Assembly: GCA_045863295.1 (NCBI GenBank)
Contig: BTWA01000011.1
Location: 1-64,000 of the forward strand
DNA: 64,000 nucleotides
Reading direction: 5' to 3'
Source of the DNA: Candidatus Hydrogenedentota bacterium
Lineage (GTDB): Bacteria; Hydrogenedentota; Hydrogenedentia; Hydrogenedentales; SLHB01
Positions 59,807 through 64,000 of the stretch are shown here, in pieces (the first letter of the stretch is position 1; each line of letters begins with the position of its first letter). The notes under the pieces were generated by a model. The model saw only the letters and a list, made by a program, of their open reading frames with translations. It made no database searches and was not told the origin of the DNA. The translations under genes and the position numbers were made by a program.

Positions 59807-61093
59807 ATGAAGCACATGCAGGAAACGTGCGGGTGCCCTGAATATGCAATGTGGAAACGGCGCGATTTCCTCGGCATCAGCGGAGGTTCGGTCGCAGCGC
59901 TGCTCGCCGCGCCGGCATGGCTGCCTAAAGTCGCCTACGCACAGAGCGCCGTCAGCGGACGCGACGTGATCGTCGTCATCTTCCTCCGAGGTGGATGCGA
60001 TGGACTCACACTCTGCGTGCCGCACGGCGATGACGACTATTACGCATTGCGGCCAACCTTGGCCATCCCTCGACCCGATAGCACGGCAACAGAAAAAGCA
60101 ACCGACCTCGACGGATTCTTCGGTCTGGCTCCCGCCATGTCGCCGTTGCTCGGCGCGTACAACGCAGGGCAACTGCTTATGGTGCATGCTACCGGACAAA
60201 CCGACGGCACGCGCTCGCATTTCGATGCCATGCGGTTCATGGAATTGGGAAAGCCCCGCGATCCCAACATCTTCACAGGCTGGCTCGGAAGACATCTGTT
60301 GTCCTCCCCCCCGACCGATGCAAACGCAATTCTGCGCGCCATCGCCATTGCCGACGCACTGCCGCAATCGTTGATCGGCGCGCCGCAGGCGCTGCCGGTG
60401 CCGGATCCCGCGGAATTCGGGCTCGACGGACTCCCTAACACGGAACAAGCCCGGCTGGATGCATTAATGGAAATGTACGGAAACGCCGACAACCTCCTGC
60501 GCCTGGCCGCCGAAAATACCATCAACACAATGAACCTGCTCGATGCCATCGACTTCGCGGGGTATTCGCCGGCAAACGGCGCTCTGTATCCCGACACCGG
60601 ATTTGGCACGTCCATCAAGTCGGCCGCCGCGCTCATCAAGGCCCAGGCCGGCGTCGAAGCCATCTCGGTCGACCTTGGAGGATGGGACACGCACAGCGGA
60701 CAGGGCCCCATAAGCGGCCCCATGGCCAACCTCATGGGCGAATTCGCGGAAACACTCGCGGCCTTTCACGCGGACGTTATTCAAGGCGGATTCGCCAATG
60801 TAACCGTACTGGTCATGTCGGAATTCGGACGCATGGCCCCGGAGAACGCGAGCGAAGGCACGGACCACGGCCACGGAAATTGTATGGTGCTGATGGGCGG
60901 AAGTATCCTCGGCGGACGCGTGCTTTCAAATTGGCCCGGACTTGGAGCCGCGGAATTGTATCAAGGCCAAGACCTCGACGTTACAATCGACTACCGCGAC
61001 ATCGTGGCGGAAATCGTCTCCAAACGACTGGGAAACCCAAACCTCGCCGATATCTTCCCGGACTACTCACCCACGTTTCACGGCGTGGCGTAG
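59807..61093 (+). CDS. DUF1501 family Tat-exported protein
   Basis: KRRDFL, IFLRGGCDGL, RSHFDA, GWLGR, GGWDTH, SEFGR, GTDHG, DYR. Confidence 0.9.
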   Translation: MKHMQETCGCPEYAMWKRRDFLGISGGSVAALLAAPAWLPKVAYAQSAVSGRDVIVVIFLRGGCDGLTLCVPHGDDDYYALRPTLAIPRPDSTATEKATDLDGFFGLAPAMSPLLGAYNAGQLLMVHATGQTDGTRSHFDAMRFMELGKPRDPNIFTGWLGRHLLSSPPTDANAILRAIAIADALPQSLIGAPQALPVPDPAEFGLDGLPNTEQARLDALMEMYGNADNLLRLAAENTINTMNLLDAIDFAGYSPANGALYPDTGFGTSIKSAAALIKAQAGVEAISVDLGGWDTHSGQGPISGPMANLMGEFAETLAAFHADVIQGGFANVTVLVMSEFGRMAPENASEGTDHGHGNCMVLMGGSILGGRVLSNWPGLGAAELYQGQDLDVTIDYRDIVAEIVSKRLGNPNLADIFPDYSPTFHGVA

Positions 61094-61130
61094 AACATCC
61101 TCTATTCTACACAGCGTACGAACCGCCGTA

Positions 61131-61889
61131 TCAGACCATCGTGTCGAACCGGGCCCGTACAGCCTGATACAGTTCGTCCGCCAATTGCTTGCGATCGGTG
61201 CCAGCAATGGGCTGCTCCCCAAACCGAATCGTCGCGCTTAGGCGCGGCAAGCGGAAAACATCGGCCATGTTCTGCGCCAACGTGAGCGGATCCCGCCATA
61301 CAACCACCTCCGACGCGGGCCGGCACCCATCCGGCGTCTTGTACGAAATGGCCGCGTAATACACCGGCAAGTTGCGGCTCGCCGCCGTTTCCAACAACGA
61401 CGGCTTGAACGGGTGTACCGTGGCGTCTTGCGAGATGCCCCCCTCCGCGAAGAAATGAACGCCGTACCCTTTGTCCAGCAACCCCTGCATCAGCTCGTTG
61501 ACCCGCTTCGTGTCCCGCGCCTTGGCCCGATCGATGAACACCGTGTTCATCGTCTTCGCGATGAGTCCAAGAAGGGGCCAACCGGCAACATCCGCCCTCG
61601 ATACAAACGTGCAACCTGCCGTAAGGGACAAGACTATGATGTCGAGATTGGTCAGATGATTTGTAACCAGCATATAAGGCGGCTTCGGCGGACGGCCACT
61701 GACCGTAACCGTCATCCCGATGATGGCCGACGCGACTCGCGCCCAGACGTGCAGTAGAAATCCCCGGACAGCTACTTCCGCGCGGCGGCTGATCGGTACA
61801 AGCACCATCGCCATCACGCGAATCGTCCACATGAACAGAGTCCACACGATGAACGCAAAAGTGCGCCAGGCGACTCGAATTTTGAGCAT
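61131..61889 (-). CDS. Lysophospholipid acyltransferase (PlsC-like)
   Basis: NHLTNLD (HX4D), FIDR, FAEG. Confidence 0.9.
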   Translation of the reverse strand: MLKIRVAWRTFAFIVWTLFMWTIRVMAMVLVPISRRAEVAVRGFLLHVWARVASAIIGMTVTVSGRPPKPPYMLVTNHLTNLDIIVLSLTAGCTFVSRADVAGWPLLGLIAKTMNTVFIDRAKARDTKRVNELMQGLLDKGYGVHFFAEGGISQDATVHPFKPSLLETAASRNLPVYYAAISYKTPDGCRPASEVVVWRDPLTLAQNMADVFRLPRLSATIRFGEQPIAGTDRKQLADELYQAVRARFDTMV

Positions 61890-62020
61890 CACGGCGGGTT
61901 ACACACTCCCAATATCCAACCCACTGCCCCCAAAGGCGAAGTACAATAGCCTATGCGCCGCAACGACTTGGGTCAAGTTGGACCAATCCGGCCAAAAAGA
62001 TGCCTTGCCCCCCGCACCGC

Positions 62021-62029
62021 TGCTATAAT
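62021..62029 (+). promoter_or_regulatory. Extended -10 promoter of carA
   Basis: TGCTATAAT (perfect TGn-TATAAT) about 80 nt upstream of carA. Confidence 0.6.
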
Positions 62030-62107
62030 CTCCCAATTTTGGGCCACCATCGGGAATGGACGAATTTGCGTCAACGTTCCCCTCTGAAACCACTTGGAGT
62101 ATGTGAA

Positions 62108-63196
62108 TTGAAGGCGATTCTTGCGCTGGAAAATGGCGACGTTTACGAAGGCATGGGCCTGGGCGCCTCGGGCGAAACCACCGGGGAATTGGTGTTCAAC
62201 ACCAGCATGACTGGCTATCAGGAAATCCTGACCGACCCGTCCTATGCCGGCCAAGTGGTCACCATGACCTACCCCCTCATTGGCAACTACGGCGTCAACC
62301 CCGACGATGTCGAATCGCGAAAGCCGTTTGTAAACGGCTTCGTGGTCCGCGAATGCTGCCATACGCCCTCCAACTGGCGCGCAAAACAGTCCCTGCCCGA
62401 TTACCTCAGCGAGAACAACATTGTCGCCATCGAAGGCGTCGATACGCGCAAAATTACCAAGACCCTCCGCACCCAGGGCGCGCAGAAGTGCTGCATCAGC
62501 ACTACCGATCTCAATCCCGACAGCGTCGTGCAAAAAGCAAAGAACTCGCCCGACATGGCAGGGAGCGACTACGTTAAGGCGGTTTCCGTCAAGGAATCGT
62601 ATGTGTGGAACTCCACCGCCGCGGGCGACTACCGCGTCGTGGCCTTCGACTACGGCATCAAATACAACATCCTGCGATTGCTGGAAAAACGCGGCTGCAA
62701 AGTCACCGTACTCCCCGCAACCGCGAGCGCCGACGAAGCCATGAGCCACGACCCGCACGGTATATTCTTATCCAACGGCCCGGGGGACCCTGCCGCGCTC
62801 CCGTATATCTACCCCACCGTGCAGAACCTGTTCGGCGTGCGCCCCATCTTTGGCATCTGCCTTGGCCACCAAATCCTCGGTCATGCCTTCGGTGGAAATA
62901 CCTTCAAACTGAAATTCGGCCACCGCGGCGGCAACCAGCCTGTCATGAACCACGACACCGGCTGCGTCGAAATCAGCGCGCAAAACCACGGCTTCGCCGT
63001 CGACCCCGATTCGCTCAATCCCGACGACGTCAAAATCTCCCACACCAACTTGAATGACCAGTCCGTCGAAGGTCTGCGCCATTTGAAACTGCCTATTTTC
63101 TCCGTGCAATACCACCCCGAAGCCTCGCCGGGACCGCACGATTCCCAATACCTCTTCGACCGTTTTATCGAGAGCATGGACAAGGTGAAGAAGTAA
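62108..63196 (+). CDS. carA: Carbamoyl-phosphate synthase small subunit
   Basis: GELVFNTSMTGYQEILTDPSY, LSNGPGDP, GICLGHQ, QYHPEASPGPHD; probable TTG start at 62108. Confidence 0.97.
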   Translation: MKAILALENGDVYEGMGLGASGETTGELVFNTSMTGYQEILTDPSYAGQVVTMTYPLIGNYGVNPDDVESRKPFVNGFVVRECCHTPSNWRAKQSLPDYLSENNIVAIEGVDTRKITKTLRTQGAQKCCISTTDLNPDSVVQKAKNSPDMAGSDYVKAVSVKESYVWNSTAAGDYRVVAFDYGIKYNILRLLEKRGCKVTVLPATASADEAMSHDPHGIFLSNGPGDPAALPYIYPTVQNLFGVRPIFGICLGHQILGHAFGGNTFKLKFGHRGGNQPVMNHDTGCVEISAQNHGFAVDPDSLNPDDVKISHTNLNDQSVEGLRHLKLPIFSVQYHPEASPGPHDSQYLFDRFIESMDKVKK

Positions 63197-63253
63197 GGAG
63201 AATTCGTTTGAAGAAGTGAGCTCCACTACTCAGACTCGCCGGGTCTTGCAGAA

Positions 63254-64000
63254 TTACCCCCCCGGCAATAGCATCTCGATAAACCGCTTGGCTTGCGTGG
63301 ACTGTGTCCGGCCTTTTTTCAACACAATCCCATAGGTCCTGTTCGGAAAATATCTGGTCACCGGAATCATTGCCAGATTCTCGTCGCCTGTGAGGCAGAT
63401 GCTCATCACAATGGAAATGCCCAGCCCCAACTCCACGTACTTCTTGATCACTTCCCAACCGCCTACCTCAAGCTTCACATCGTAGGTGAGGTCGTTCTGC
63501 GTGAACACGCCCTCCACAAGCCGCCACGTGCTCAGGTGTCTCGGCGGAAGAATGAGCGGGTAACGGCTGATGTCTCTCAAGGTCACGCGCCTCTTGGACG
63601 CAAGAGGATGCTCCTTGTTCGTAATCAGCACGGATTCGTATGACACAATAGGATGAAACTCAAGGTCATCCGGAATCTCCAGCAAAGGCCCGATGCAGAA
63701 ATCCACTTCACCCGCGCGCAACAATTCGAGCCCCGCCCTGCCGGTCACGTTGTGCAACTTGATCTCAATCCGGGGGTACTGATGTACGAAACGTTCCACA
63801 AACGGCGGCAACACATACAAGATGGTCGATCCGCCCGCGGCAATATCCACCCGGCCGCGATCGACATGCTCCCGGCGCGCCCGAAAGTTCTCATCCAGTT
63901 TGTCGAATGCGTCCACGACCGGTTGCGCCAGCTCGACCAGCAATTCGCCGTCCGGCGTGAGAGCAATGCGCGGACCATGCCGCTCAAACAACTTTGCCCC
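63254..64000 (-). CDS. LysR-family transcriptional regulator (5' end outside window)
   Basis: FERHGPRIALTPDGELL, LysR substrate-binding domain, IKKYVELGLGISIV. Confidence 0.92.
   Translation of the reverse strand, partial: GAKLFERHGPRIALTPDGELLVELAQPVVDAFDKLDENFRARREHVDRGRVDIAAGGSTILYVLPPFVERFVHQYPRIEIKLHNVTGRAGLELLRAGEVDFCIGPLLEIPDDLEFHPIVSYESVLITNKEHPLASKRRVTLRDISRYPLILPPRHLSTWRLVEGVFTQNDLTYDVKLEVGGWEVIKKYVELGLGISIVMSICLTGDENLAMIPVTRYFPNRTYGIVLKKGRTQSTQAKRFIEMLLPGG

Overview
Bacterial chromosomal window of roughly 58-60% GC by eye. The lineage is unknown; the style of the 'GCP' lipoproteins and beta-helix proteins loosely suggests a Candidatus Hydrogenedentes-like organism, which is only a guess. 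From left to right: (1) the 5' end of tuf preceded by its tRNA-Thr/Tyr/Gly/Thr cluster (minus strand); (2) a divergent ~12 kb self-contained [FeFe]-hydrogenase locus: receiver protein, NuoE-like, short NuoF-like, HydA, GAF histidine kinase, HydG, TM1266-like protein, AspA, HydF, HydE, Rex. Its flavoprotein carries the sequence signatures of non-bifurcating, NADH-only enzymes; (3) tRNA-Arg(TCT) and a foreign-looking GT-C-like membrane gene; (4) an 8.3 kb compositionally foreign two-gene island with a 978-aa protein I cannot assign and a 1737-aa SF2 helicase with DUF1998 (Druantia DruE-like), the best anti-phage system candidate; (5) an accessory stretch with rhuM interrupted by one in-frame TAG and a four-helix-bundle gene bracketed by arrays of a 9-bp repeat; (6) housekeeping and metabolic genes: sucA-sucB-lspA-lpdA, a DprE1-like oxidase, a PL15-like lyase, gpsA, ppiD, an M20 peptidase, a DUF1800-DUF1501 pair, plsC-like, carA and a LysR regulator. 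I saw no CRISPR array, integrase, transposase or rRNA. All family assignments come from motif recognition by eye, not from database searches.
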